Positions 1 to 9,650 of a stretch of 64,000 bases of DNA are shown piece after piece. The stretch's first letter is position 1; every line of letters starts with the position of its first letter. The notes beneath the pieces were generated by a model. The model had not been told where the DNA came from. It ran no database searches and worked only from the letters and a program-made list of their open reading frames with translations. Source of the DNA: an uncultured delta proteobacterium (GTDB taxonomy: Bacteria; Desulfobacterota; Binatia; DP-6). The DNA lies in the NCBI GenBank assembly GCA_963815115.1, contig CAWFFN010000008.1, forward strand, positions 704,001-768,000. The letters run 5' to 3'. The position numbers were made by a program, and so were the translations under genes.

Positions 1-1412
1 GTCGGCATGTAATCGCCGAGCACGGCCGCCTCGGTTCCCGGAAGGGCAACGCCGTTGATGCCGTGGCTGAACGCCGGGTCGGGAAGGAGCTGTCGATAGG
101 CGATCATGCCCATCTCGCGACGGCCTCCCTTCTCCGGCGGCAGCAGCGTTCCGGGAATCCCCCTCGGGTCCCCGCCGGGCACGTAGTCCGGCGCCCCATC
201 CCCGCGAGTCGGCCAGTCGAGCCAGGCCACGCCGCAGGCGCGCTTCGCGTTGAAGGGCCTGTCCATGGGGTCACCCGTGACGATCGTGTAGGTGTCGTCG
301 CGGGCGATCGGGATGTCCTGATCGAACAGGCAGTCGACGTAGCGGCTGCTCTGGAACTCGTTCTGGCAGAAGGACCAGTAGCGGACCTGGCCGGAGCCCA
401 TCGTCGTCTCGCCGTTGTAGGTGGCCGGCACCGTCGGCGCCCGCCCGTGGATCACCAGCAGCTGGCCGAACCCTCGGTCGCCGAAGGTGACCATCGTGTA
501 GCCGTCCTTGTTGCTCAGCGGGCCACCGGTTGCCGCGGCCGAGATCGTCGATCGGTCCACCAACGGCGTCGAGAACCCCGGATAGGTCTGATAGAACTGC
601 CCGACCAGCGAGTAGCGGTAGTTGAAGTAGCGCTCCCAGCGCGGAGGATTCACGCCCGGATGGGTAACGGGCGGCGGAACGTCAGACTCGACGCCGTTCA
701 CCAGCGTCTTGGTGCGCAGCCGTGCGTAGGTGGGAACGTCGATCAGACCCTGCGCGCCTCCTAGCCTCTCCACGCTCAACGCCTCACAGATGTCGGACCC
801 ACCGCTGATCACGCTGCCGTCGGCCAGGTGGAGTTCGGCCTGGGGAAGGCCGGCGTCGCCGTCTACGGAAGTCCCCCCGTCGGCCAGGTAGATCCGGTAG
901 ACGAGCGTCACGCCAAGCCCCGATTCGCGACCGGTGTAGACGGTGTTCGGCGCCCGGTCGGCGGGGTTCGCCGGTGCGGCGCCGCTGACCACCGTGACCG
1001 TGTAGTCGCGGTTGGCGCCGTCGCGGGGCTGCCCGGGAACGTATGGATTGGTGGAGCCGGGATCAGGCTCGATCTGAACGTCGTAGAGCGAGTCGTTCGG
1101 GCCCAGGCTCGTCGGCGGCTGGTTGAAGTTGTAGGTGTTGAACGACATGTACCGCGCGTGCGGGAACTGGGCGTGCAGAACCAGCTCCGCACCTTCCGGA
1201 AGCCCCAGGGTCCAGCTCGACCCCCAGTAGGCGGCGAACTCGTCCGGGTAGTTGATGTTGCTGGTCGCGAGGGTCTCCGGGTTCGTGGAGCCCGCCCAGA
1301 AGCGGTCGCATGGGTCGAGGGGGATGCCCCAGGCAGGCGTGGCGGCCAGCGCCGCCATCGTCGATACCGCCGCCAGCGTCGCGGCGCACGCGCTAAGCCG
1401 CCTTGCTCTCAT
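1..1412 (-). CDS. Secreted hypothetical protein (3' end runs off window)
   Basis: ATG at 1412 with GAGGAGG RBS; signal-peptide-like N-terminus MRARRLSACAATLAAVSTMAALAATPAWG; frame appears open to position 1, which explains its absence from the ORF track. Confidence 0.8.
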   Translation of the reverse strand, partial: MRARRLSACAATLAAVSTMAALAATPAWGIPLDPCDRFWAGSTNPETLATSNINYPDEFAAYWGSSWTLGLPEGAELVLHAQFPHARYMSFNTYNFNQPPTSLGPNDSLYDVQIEPDPGSTNPYVPGQPRDGANRDYTVTVVSGAAPANPADRAPNTVYTGRESGLGVTLVYRIYLADGGTSVDGDAGLPQAELHLADGSVISGGSDICEALSVERLGGAQGLIDVPTYARLRTKTLVNGVESDVPPPVTHPGVNPPRWERYFNYRYSLVGQFYQTYPGFSTPLVDRSTISAAATGGPLSNKDGYTMVTFGDRGFGQLLVIHGRAPTVPATYNGETTMGSGQVRYWSFCQNEFQSSRYVDCLFDQDIPIARDDTYTIVTGDPMDRPFNAKRACGVAWLDWPTRGDGAPDYVPGGDPRGIPGTLLPPEKGGRREMGMIAYRQLLPDPAFSHGINGVALPGTEAAVLGDYMP

Positions 1413-1428
1413 CGTCTCCTCCTCGGGA

Positions 1429-2218
1429 TCAGTGATACGGGTTGCTCGGGTCGGGGAACTGGCACGGCTCGCCCGGCCCGCAGTTGATGGGATAGGGTCG
1501 CCGGAGGCTCTCGAGTGAGGCGACCGGCGTGCCGTCGACGAGCCAGTGACCCATGTCCGCTTGCACCCGGTCGGCCTCGCCGATCGAGACCTGGCAGCCC
1601 CGCCGGTCGTGCTGGAAGGCGCAGGCGGCGATGCCATGCATCTTCCGCCGTACGTCCCAGACGTCATAGTCGTCCAGCACCGCGTTCCCCCCTGCGAGCG
1701 CGATCTCGAGCGGCACGGCGTGATTGGCCGGCAGAGTGCAGGCGCCGTTCTGGGCGAAGCGAACGAGGTCCATATCGAGCACGTCTGCCAGGTGCTCGAC
1801 GGCCTGGTCGAAGCCGGCCGACAGCTGGTCATACCGCAGCAGCGAATCGAACGGCGAGATCGGCGGAGTCTGGTAGGTGGAGTGGATCACTACGTAGCCG
1901 TGCGATGCCAGCACCTCCATCAGCCCCATACATTGAACCGCCTCGGTCGCCCCGTAAGCGTGAGACCAGAAGATCACGGGATGGAGACCCGGGGCGCCGG
2001 TCGGGGAGATCACCGTGACGACCGGCTTTGGCCGCGGGGCGTTGGTGGGATCGTCGGATGCACGAGGGTCGTGATCTGCGTCGAATAAGGACCTGTGGTG
2101 CCGTACCCGTCGTCGGGCTGACCAACGCAGTCGCCGACGGCGGCCCGCACGGGACTCGACAGGGCAGCGGCAATGGCCGCCATGACTACGAGAGTCAGTC
2201 CCCCCCCCTGACACCCAT
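1429..2218 (-). pseudogene. Frameshifted secreted alpha/beta-hydrolase-like gene
   Basis: RBS+ATG at 2218 put out of frame by a G9 run; signal peptide in one frame, HPVIFWSHAYGA..LASHGYVV in another; no GxSxG nucleophile motif visible, suggesting an internal deletion. Confidence 0.6.
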
Positions 2219-2361
2219 GGGCTCTCCCTCTTCCTGAGGTCAACCAGTGGGATACATTTCGTACCCACCAGTTCGGTAAGTCGCATTCGAGCACCGCTCC
2301 GCGCTTCTGTCAAGCCCGATCCAACAGCCGATACGACAACCGACGCGCGGCGTGCGTGCGC

Positions 2362-3120
2362 CTAGCGAGTCGACGCCGTCCGGGCGGTCGGGGAGTCGAG
2401 CGCGGCAAGGACCCGCCGGCTCATGTTGGTGAGACCCGAGTTCAGGAACGATCCGACGATTCGGGCCGCCGTCTCACGATCCCACTGCTCGCGCTCCGTG
2501 CGTCGGGCGGCGAACACACACATGCCTACGGTCGCCTCGGCGAGGAGAGTGGCCCCGTGGTCGGCGCTGACCCCGTGCTGCGCGAATTCTCGCCGGAGGA
2601 TCTGCGCAACCTTCTCGGCTATACGTCGCAGCGCCAACGCGATGCGGTCCGACGCCTCGGGCGCTGCCGGCCGGTCGGCGATGAAGATCAGCCGAAATGC
2701 GTCCGGATGCTGTTGGGCAAAGTCAAAGATCGCCCGCACGCACATTCGAGCCATATCCTCGCTGGGAAGACCCACCGAGGCGGCGTAGGCACGGAAGAGA
2801 AACTCCTCGAGCCGATCGCACTCCCGCTCGACCACGGCAATGAAGGCCTCTTTCTTCGACGGGAACTGTCGGTAGAGGTTGGGCTTGCGGACCCCGGACT
2901 CGGTCGCGATCGCCTCCATCGTGGTACCGTGGAGGCCGCGGTTGGCGAACAACTGGGTCGCAGTCGAGAGGACCACTGCTTCGCGCACCTCATCCGGGAT
3001 GCGGGGCGGGCGGCCGACTCGGCGCTTCGCTGCCCTTGGGCGCATGGTAGAGGAGTCGCCGGATTTCGAACCGCGGTGGGGCGAAAGTACCATCATGGAA
3101 CCGATAGCAGGAAGGGACAC
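2362..3120 (-). CDS. TetR/AcrR family transcriptional regulator
   Basis: LFANRGLHGTTMEAIATESGVRKPNLYRQFPSKKEAF TetR HTH; true start may be downstream of 3120. Confidence 0.9.
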   Translation of the reverse strand: MSLPAIGSMMVLSPHRGSKSGDSSTMRPRAAKRRVGRPPRIPDEVREAVVLSTATQLFANRGLHGTTMEAIATESGVRKPNLYRQFPSKKEAFIAVVERECDRLEEFLFRAYAASVGLPSEDMARMCVRAIFDFAQQHPDAFRLIFIADRPAAPEASDRIALALRRIAEKVAQILRREFAQHGVSADHGATLLAEATVGMCVFAARRTEREQWDRETAARIVGSFLNSGLTNMSRRVLAALDSPTARTASTR

Positions 3121-3129
3121 GCGGGAGAA

Positions 3130-3235
3130 GGGCGTGAGTTCGGGCCCGACGCGGTCGAGCGCGCGATGCGCGAGCGCCTACGGGCGATCGAGCAGACTGT
3201 GGAGGAGGAGGCGGAGGCGGCACTGGGGAGCGGGA
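3130..3235 (+). mobile_element. IS256-like transposase N-terminal remnant
   Basis: DAVERAMRERLRAIEQTVEEEAEAALG resembles IS256 N-terminus; no continuation. Confidence 0.45.
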
Positions 3236-3344
3236 CGGTCGGCACGGTTGGGCACTCTTCTGTGAAGCGAAACCGTACCTCTCATTGGAAAGCGGTGAAG
3301 CTGCTTTTGGAATTGAATGGCGTTGGCTCCAGAGGGAGGGCGCC

Positions 3345-3520
3345 GCGCGACCACTCGCTCTCGGTCGCGGCTTCGAGCAGTATCCGCGCCCGTGCCCGGC
3401 CGCCACGCAGGACGGTGAACCTCTCTCGCGTCGTCCGGATGCGGTGCTCGAGCACGATCGCCCGCGGCGTCCTCGATGCAGACCTGGCTTTCCTGCTTGT
3501 GCACGTCCATGCTAGTATAT
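3345..3520 (-). mobile_element. IS110 transposase N-terminal remnant
   Basis: MDVHKQESQVCI then, shifted, RIRTTRERF..RARILLEAATESEW (DEDD N-terminus). Confidence 0.7.
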
Positions 3521-3562
3521 TCGAGGCTGGAGCCGACACGAACCCGCGGAAGGGAAGAAGCG

Positions 3563-3849
3563 ATGAGAACGGCAGCGGAGATCCACGAGCTGGTCCGCGT
3601 GGTGGAGCCGCAACCGGCGGGCGTCTCGGGACCTGCTTGCCAACGAGCTTGATCGGGCGCTGGAGCTAATCGAGCACGTACCCCAGGCCGGGCGTCGCAC
3701 GACGAGCAAGCTCTTCCGTGATGTCTGCCGTCTGCTCCTCCGGAGGAGTGGGGTATCACCTCTACTACCAGCTACTCGACGCGCAGCACGCCGTCCACGT
3801 CGTGTACTTCCGCCACGCTCGCCGACGACCGATCACCTGGCGGAGATGA
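3563..3849 (+). pseudogene. RelE/ParE family toxin, frameshifted
   Basis: WWSRNRRASRDLLANELDRALELI...RRSGYHLYYQLLD..VHVVYFRHARRRP after a shift near 3598. Confidence 0.65.
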
Positions 3850-3952
3850 GTCCGGGGGTCAACGCGTCGGAACGTACATTGGCCACGTCAGTGCTCACCT
3901 GCGGTTTGCAGGCGGGTTTCTCCGGCCTACCGCCGGTCCGCCGGGCTTCGAG

Positions 3953-4154
3953 AATCAGTAGGTCAACGCCTCCACCCGTCCATCGGTCAGTCTCCATCCA
4001 GTCACCATGCCGATGCCTGCCGGTGCCTGCCGATGGGTGAGCCTCGACGGGTAACCCTCGAATCTTCCGAGACACGGCCACCCGCCGGAACCTGCCGGCA
4101 ACCTCCTGCGTCCTTTCGTAATCAGTAGGTCGCCGGTTCGACTCCGGCGGGTGG
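3953..4154 (+). repeat. ~200-bp att-like repeat copy 1 ending in tRNA-Thr(CGT) 3' half
   Basis: 4115-4154 TTCGTAA-TCAGT-AGGTC-GCCGG-TTCGACT-CCGGC-GGGTGG; highly similar to 29763-29966 and 42512-42682. Confidence 0.9.
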
Positions 4155-4160
4155 GGACCC

Positions 4161-4400
4161 ATGACCTCCTGCCGGCGGACGACGCGGGGATCGCCGACGC
4201 GGTCGTCTGCGCCACCTTCCTGCGCTTCAAGGGACTCGAGCTGCCGGCCGTGGTCGTGACCGACTCGGGCATCGCGAACACCAAGCGCGAGGTGCGCCTG
4301 TACATCGCGCTCACGCGCGCGCTGGACCTCGTGCGGATCGTCGCGGACGAGACGACGATTGGGCAAGACCCGTTCTTCGCGAGCTCGTCGGGACGTGACC
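4161..4400 (+). pseudogene. UvrD-like helicase C-terminal fragment
   Basis: TFLRFKGLELPAVVV...LYIALTRA (SF1 motifs V/VI) starting immediately after the att repeat. Confidence 0.7.
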
Positions 4401-4429
4401 GCGGACGGCCTCGTACCCCCGTCGTCAAG

Positions 4430-4595
4430 GCACGACGACGAATCCCTCGCGCCGCGCGGCCTCAGCGAGGTGATCGTCGAGGGTGACGAAGCGAAGCACG
4501 TCGGAGCACTCGTCGCACGCTACTAGCGCGGCGGCGAGCTGGAGGGCATCGGCGGCTCGCAGAGGATGCGCGGCGAGGAGCCGTCGGGTCGCCGG
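4430..4595 (-). pseudogene. VapC/PIN toxin C-terminal fragment
   Basis: RRLLAAHPLRAADALQLAAAL..FVTLDDHLAEAARREGF. Confidence 0.7.
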
Positions 4596-4768
4596 TACTT
4601 AATCTGGTACTTTGGCATCCGCTTGGTCTCCTTGCACCGAAATGATCAGATCACCCGACGGCACCACTCGGTCCGCCAGCGTCGCCTGCGAGAGCGGGCC
4701 ACTCTCGGCTTCGCCCATCACTCTGAGCGGCATCCGCGCGGTTAGGTCATGCCATTGCCCTGACTGCC

Positions 4769-4797
4769 TGCCAACAACCGGCTGATCAGCGGCGGCC
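4769..4797 (-). repeat. attC-like 3' half downstream of higA
   Basis: minus strand CCGCCGCTGATCAGCCGGTT-GTTGGCA resembles L'/R' boxes; no clear 5' half. Confidence 0.35.
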
Positions 4798-4841
4798 GGA
4801 GCGGGACGATGCACTCGACGGCGAGGAGGCGACCAAGCAAC

Positions 4842-5162
4842 TCACGCCGCTCGCCGGCTGATCTCCCGAGCGATCTCGGCTCTCGATGCCCCGACGAGCA
4901 GGAGCGACCGCACCAGGAGATCCACGCTCACCGAGCGGTCTCCCGCCTCCATCTTGGCCACCCGCGACTGGCTCGAACCGAGTAGCTTGGCCATCGCCTC
5001 CTGTGACAACCCGCGGTTCGTTCGCACGTCGCGCAGGCGACGCGCCAGGTTCAGCTTCATCTCGACCAGCGCTGCCTCCTCGGGCTTCAAGCGCAGGAAC
5101 TCGGCCGCGCTACCCACTCGCCACCCGGCTGCCTCGAGTCGCTTCCTTTTCCTTGCCTTCAT
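4842..5162 (-). CDS. higA: HigA-like XRE-HTH antitoxin
   Basis: RKRLEAAGWRVGSAAEFL..GLSQEAMAKLLGSSQSRVAKMEAG; overlaps upstream toxin stop. Confidence 0.85.
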   Translation of the reverse strand: MKARKRKRLEAAGWRVGSAAEFLRLKPEEAALVEMKLNLARRLRDVRTNRGLSQEAMAKLLGSSQSRVAKMEAGDRSVSVDLLVRSLLLVGASRAEIAREISRRAA

Positions 5163-5521
5163 CGCACTTTCTCCTTGCTGGCTCGGTCATACCTAGCAGC
5201 GCGAGCCTGACAGGTTGTGACGACGGCAACGGGCGTAGCCCCTGTCGTCTTGCTGAACACCTCGAGGATCACTATCGCGTCGCGATCGATGCGGTACATC
5301 ACGCGCCAGGTTCTATCGCGGTCGTTGATACGGAGCTCGTGACAGCGTGGGCCGATCGCCGGCATCGGCCGCGAATGGGGCATTGCGAGCAGCTCACCCC
5401 TCTGCAGCCGGCGGAGCAAAACTCCTGCCTCGATGCGGGCAGCCGCCGACAGCGGGGGGGTCTTGATCTCGCCCCCGAGCCAGACGAGCGGTTTGTCCAG
5501 CCGTCGCGCCAAGGCGCCCAA
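5159..5521 (-). CDS. higB: HigB/RelE (Gp49-like) toxin
   Basis: DKPLVWL.GEIKTPP..MPHSRPMPAIGPRCHELRI..WRVMYRID..FSKTT. Confidence 0.85.
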   Translation of the reverse strand: MGALARRLDKPLVWLGGEIKTPPLSAAARIEAGVLLRRLQRGELLAMPHSRPMPAIGPRCHELRINDRDRTWRVMYRIDRDAIVILEVFSKTTGATPVAVVTTCQARAARYDRASKEKVR

Positions 5522-5523
5522 GA

Positions 5524-5543
5524 CTATGTCAGATCCGACATAG
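5524..5543. promoter_or_regulatory. Probable HigA operator palindrome
   Basis: CTATGTC-N6-GACATAG perfect inverted repeat directly upstream of the toxin start. Confidence 0.6.
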
Positions 5544-5599
5544 ACTCAAGCCCCCAGACGGTGGCTCCTTATCAATCAACGGGAACATTCCCGATGACC

Positions 5600-5676
5600 T
5601 CTACCATCAGGTCCTCGACGCGCAGCACGCCGTCCACGTCGTGCACCTCGTCACGCGCGCCGACCACCGATCACCA
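5600..5676 (+). pseudogene. Second ParE toxin C-terminal remnant
   Basis: ctcgacgcgcagcacgccgtccacgtcgtg...ccgatcacc nearly repeats 3775-3838. Confidence 0.6.
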
Positions 5677-5740
5677 AAAGCTCCCCGTTGACCGCACCGT
5701 CCCGACAGCAGTACTGCACCGCGAAGATGGGAAGCACGGC

Positions 5741-7216
5741 ATGACGCGATACCAGATGCTCATCGGCGGGGAGCTGGTCGATGCCGAGGGCGACCGCCGC
5801 CTCGACGCCGTCAATCCGTACACGCGGGATGTATTCGCGACGATCCCCGACGCGTCGAGCGCCGACGTTCACGCAGCCGTCGATGCCGCGCACCGTGCGT
5901 TCGACCGGACGTGGTCCACGGTGTCCGGCGCGGAGCGGGCCCGTCTCATGCACCGCCTGGCCGATCTGATCGACGAGCGCACCGACGAGCTCGGCCGGCT
6001 GGAGTCGACGGACAACGGAAAGATCCTGCGGGAGACCAGCGGCCAGGCCAGATTCGCCGCGCGCAACTATCGCTTCTTTGCCGGCTACGCGGACAAGCTC
6101 TACGGCCGCACGATCCCTCTCGATACGGCGTCCAGTCTGGACTACACGCTGCGCGAGCCGGTGGGCGTCGCGGCCCTCGTCACCGCGTGGAACTCGCCGA
6201 TGCAGCTGCTGGCCAACAAGCTCGCTCCCGCGCTGGCCGCCGGCAACACCGTCGTGATCAAGCCATCGGAGCACGCCTCGGCGACGACCCTGGACCTGTC
6301 GCTCCTGGTCGCCGCGGCGGGCTTCCCGCCGGGAGTCATCAACGTGGTGAGTGGCGGGGTCGAGGCGGGCACGGCACTGGCCGCCCACCCCGGGCTCGGC
6401 CGCATCAGCTTCACGGGTAGCGTGGCCACGGGCCAGGCGATCGCGGCGGCGGCGGCGCAGACGCTCGTCCCGGTGACGCTGGAGCTGGGCGGCAAGTCGC
6501 CGAACATCGTATTCCCGGATGCTGATCTGAAACGCGCAGTCACGGGGGCGCTCATCGGCATCTTCTCCGCGGGTGGTCAGACATGTATTGCCGGCAGCCG
6601 CCTGCTCGTCCACAGCGCGGTCTACGACGAGGTGGTCGAGGCGATCGCCCGGCGGACCAAGGCGATCCGGCTCGGCGACCCGTTGGCGCCGACGACCCAC
6701 ATGGGACCGGTGGCCAACGAGCCGCAGTACGAGCGCATCCGCCAGATGGTGGCGGCCGGCAAGGAGTCCGGCGCAACGATGGTAGCCGGGGACGAAGGGC
6801 TGGACGGCGCCGACCTGGGCCGAGGCCTGTTCGTGCGCCCGACGGTCTTCGCCGGCGTCCGCAACACGGCCAGGTTGGCACGCGAAGAGATCTTCGGACC
6901 GGTCCTCAGCATCATCAGGTTCGACGACGACGCGGAGGCCATCACCCTGGCCAACGACAGCGAGTTCGGGCTGGCGTCGGCGATTTGGACGAACGATCTG
7001 AGCCGAGCCCACACTGTGGCGCGACGGCTCGTGGCAGGCACCGTGTGGGTCAACACCTACCGTGCGAGCGCGGCGCAGGCACCCTTCGGCGGCGTACGCC
7101 GGTCTGGGTATGGGCGGGAGCGCGGCAGCGAGGCGCTGGAAGAATACCTCCGGACGAAGAACGTGATGATCGACCTGTCGGGCAGCACGGCCGACCCGTT
7201 CGTACCGTTCGAATAG
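5741..7216 (+). CDS. Aldehyde dehydrogenase
   Basis: AWNSP, FTGS, LELGGKSP, GQTCIAGSR, EEIFGPV motifs; start at ATG 5741. Confidence 0.95.
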   Translation: MTRYQMLIGGELVDAEGDRRLDAVNPYTRDVFATIPDASSADVHAAVDAAHRAFDRTWSTVSGAERARLMHRLADLIDERTDELGRLESTDNGKILRETSGQARFAARNYRFFAGYADKLYGRTIPLDTASSLDYTLREPVGVAALVTAWNSPMQLLANKLAPALAAGNTVVIKPSEHASATTLDLSLLVAAAGFPPGVINVVSGGVEAGTALAAHPGLGRISFTGSVATGQAIAAAAAQTLVPVTLELGGKSPNIVFPDADLKRAVTGALIGIFSAGGQTCIAGSRLLVHSAVYDEVVEAIARRTKAIRLGDPLAPTTHMGPVANEPQYERIRQMVAAGKESGATMVAGDEGLDGADLGRGLFVRPTVFAGVRNTARLAREEIFGPVLSIIRFDDDAEAITLANDSEFGLASAIWTNDLSRAHTVARRLVAGTVWVNTYRASAAQAPFGGVRRSGYGRERGSEALEEYLRTKNVMIDLSGSTADPFVPFE

Positions 7217-7236
7217 TGAAAGGTAGCGAGGACACC

Positions 7237-8139
7237 ATGACACGACAGGACGGGCCGGTGGCGCTGGCGGGGCTCGGGAACATGGGCTCGGCCGTCGCAG
7301 GCCGGCTGGCCCAGCGGTTCAGGGTGCTCGGCTTCGATGTCGATCCGAGGCGCCGGGCCGACGCCGCCGACCGCTACAAGATAGCCGTCGTCGAGGATGT
7401 AGCCCTGCTCGCGCAAGCGTCTATCCTGGTCCTGTCGCTGCCGACCCCCGAGATCTCCGCGACCGTGGTGCGGACCTTGCTCGCGGATCTGCCCCCGGGC
7501 ACGCTCATCGTGGAGACCAGCACAGTCAACCCCACGGACATGTGGCGCCTGCGCGATGTCTGCTCGCCCGCGGGAGTTCGCGTGGTCGACGGCGCCATCC
7601 TGTCGGGTGTCGCCCAGATGGCGGCCGGTCGATCCACCCTCCTCGTCGGCGGGAAGGCCGAAGACCTCGATGCGGCAGCAGGAGTGTTCGCAGCGCTCGC
7701 CCCGCGGGTGCTCCGCTTCGGTGACGTCGGCACCGGCATGGCCGCGAAGGTCATCAACAACGCAGTGGCGCATGCTGTCATGGTGATCCTCGTCGAGGCG
7801 GGGGCGATGGCGGCGGCGACCGGCGTGGCGTTGCACGACTTGGCGAACCTGCTGGCCGATCCCGACGCGGGACTGCTGCGCCCGCTTACGCACCGCTTCG
7901 TCGAGCGTGTCCTGCGCGCCGACTACGAAGGCGGCATGCCGACGGAAGCAGCTCGCAAAGACTCCACGCTCGCCCTGGCCCTGGCACAAACCAGCGGTGT
8001 CCCGCTGTTCGCCATCCAGGGCGCCCACACGGTCTACGAGTTGGCCCTCGCCGACGGGTTGGGACGCCTCGACTATGCGTCGATCGCGCAACTCTGGGAG
8101 GGCTGGACGAATCGCAGCCTCTGCAAGACAGCAGAATGA
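7237..8139 (+). CDS. NAD(P)-dependent oxidoreductase, beta-hydroxyacid dehydrogenase family
   Basis: GLGNMG Rossmann motif, GTGMAAKVINN catalytic Lys motif. Confidence 0.9.
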   Translation: MTRQDGPVALAGLGNMGSAVAGRLAQRFRVLGFDVDPRRRADAADRYKIAVVEDVALLAQASILVLSLPTPEISATVVRTLLADLPPGTLIVETSTVNPTDMWRLRDVCSPAGVRVVDGAILSGVAQMAAGRSTLLVGGKAEDLDAAAGVFAALAPRVLRFGDVGTGMAAKVINNAVAHAVMVILVEAGAMAAATGVALHDLANLLADPDAGLLRPLTHRFVERVLRADYEGGMPTEAARKDSTLALALAQTSGVPLFAIQGAHTVYELALADGLGRLDYASIAQLWEGWTNRSLCKTAE

Positions 8140-9650
8140 GTGACGTCTCCTTCGAGGTCGTGGTCGTCGGGGGAGGTAACGCCGGATTCAGCGCCGCCCA
8201 CGCCGCACGCGAGATGGGTGCCTCGGTGCTCCTGCTCGAGAAGACGGTGCAGGCGCAGGCGGGCGGCAACAGCTACTACACCGCGGGAGCCTTCCGCGTC
8301 GCATTCAACGGCCTCGATGACCTCCTCCCGTTACTTGCCGACCCGACGGACGCACGGCTCGCCACGACAGTCGTGCCCCCGTATCCGGAGACCGAGTTCC
8401 GGCGCGACATGGAACGCATGACCGAGGGCCGCTGTGAGCCACTTCTCACCGACATCCTCATCTCCCAATCGGCTGAGACGCTGGCCTGGCTGCGCGACAA
8501 GGGCCTCAAGTTCAGGCTCATGTACGAGCGCCAGGCGTATTCGTCCGGCGACGCGTGGGTCTTCTTCGGCGGCCTGCCCCTTGGCTCCGTCGGCGGCGGC
8601 AAGGGCCTGGTAGCGCAACACACCGTGGCCGCGATCGAGGCGGGCGTCGTGATCCAGTACGGCGCGGCGCTGTCCGGCCTGCGGCGCGATGCGCGCGGGA
8701 CGGTCGTCGGCGTCACCTACAGCGACCTCGACGGACGCCCGCACGACGTGGACGCGGGGGCGGTCGTCCTCGCCGCGGGCGGGTTCGAGTCCGACCCGGA
8801 ACGGCGCGAACGCTACCTCGGGCCGGGCTGGTCGCGCGCCCTCGTGCGAGGAACCCCGTCCAACACGGGCGAAGTCCTGGACCTGGCGGTCGAGGCCGGC
8901 GCGGCACGCTTCGGCGACTGGGGCGCGTGCCACAGCGTCGCATGGGACGCGGGCGGGCCACCCGGCGGCGGCAACCGTGACCTGACGAACCAGCTGACCC
9001 GGCAGAGCTACCCGCTCGGGATCGTCGTCAACGCGCAGGGACGGCGGTTCGTGGACGAGGGGGCCGACTTCCGCAACTATACCTACGCGAAGTACGGTCG
9101 CGAGATCCTCGCGCAGCCCGGCGGCATCGCCTTCCAGCTCTTCGACGCCAAGACCCGTCCGTTGCTGCGGCCCGAGGAGTACGATTCGCAACCCATCACC
9201 GGCGCGTCGGCTGACACCCTCGACGCACTCGCCGATCGGCTCGGGATCGACGTCGACGGGCTCCGGCGCACGATCAACGACTTCAACTCCGCCATCGTGG
9301 ACGTGCCCTTCGACCCCGCGGTCAAGGATGGTCGGGCGTCCCTCGTCGACCCGCCGAAGTCGAACTGGGCGCAGGCGCTCGATTCCCCGCCGTTCTACGG
9401 TTACGCGGTCTCCTGCGGGATCACGTTCACCTTCGGCGGAATCCACATTGACCGGCACGCCCGGGTGCTCGACTCGTCCGAGGCATCCATCGGCGGCCTC
9501 TACGCCGCCGGCGAGATGGTCGGTGGGCTCTTCTACGGCAACTATCCCGGCGGCACGGGGCTCACCTCCGGTGCCGTCTTCGGGCGGATCGCAGGTCACC
9601 ACGCCACGCGCCAGGTGAGTCTGCGTGCCGTCGAGGAGCAGCACGCATGA
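8136..9650 (+). CDS. FAD-dependent tricarballylate dehydrogenase (TcuA)-like flavoprotein
   Basis: GGGNAG, AGGNSYYTAGA, RRFVDEGADFRNYTYAKYG, GITFTFGG, NYPGGTGL. Confidence 0.85.
   Translation: MSDVSFEVVVVGGGNAGFSAAHAAREMGASVLLLEKTVQAQAGGNSYYTAGAFRVAFNGLDDLLPLLADPTDARLATTVVPPYPETEFRRDMERMTEGRCEPLLTDILISQSAETLAWLRDKGLKFRLMYERQAYSSGDAWVFFGGLPLGSVGGGKGLVAQHTVAAIEAGVVIQYGAALSGLRRDARGTVVGVTYSDLDGRPHDVDAGAVVLAAGGFESDPERRERYLGPGWSRALVRGTPSNTGEVLDLAVEAGAARFGDWGACHSVAWDAGGPPGGGNRDLTNQLTRQSYPLGIVVNAQGRRFVDEGADFRNYTYAKYGREILAQPGGIAFQLFDAKTRPLLRPEEYDSQPITGASADTLDALADRLGIDVDGLRRTINDFNSAIVDVPFDPAVKDGRASLVDPPKSNWAQALDSPPFYGYAVSCGITFTFGGIHIDRHARVLDSSEASIGGLYAAGEMVGGLFYGNYPGGTGLTSGAVFGRIAGHHATRQVSLRAVEEQHA

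Noticed and set aside
4077-4154. Functional tRNA-Thr (acceptor-like GCCACCC/GGGTGG pairing)
   Set aside because: 38 nt precede the anticodon loop with no D-arm and no 5' anticodon-stem strand; the same holds at 29887-29966
4886-5740. N-terminal extension making a 776-aa ALDH fusion
   Set aside because: Overlaps higBA on the other strand; ALDH homology starts at ATG 5741
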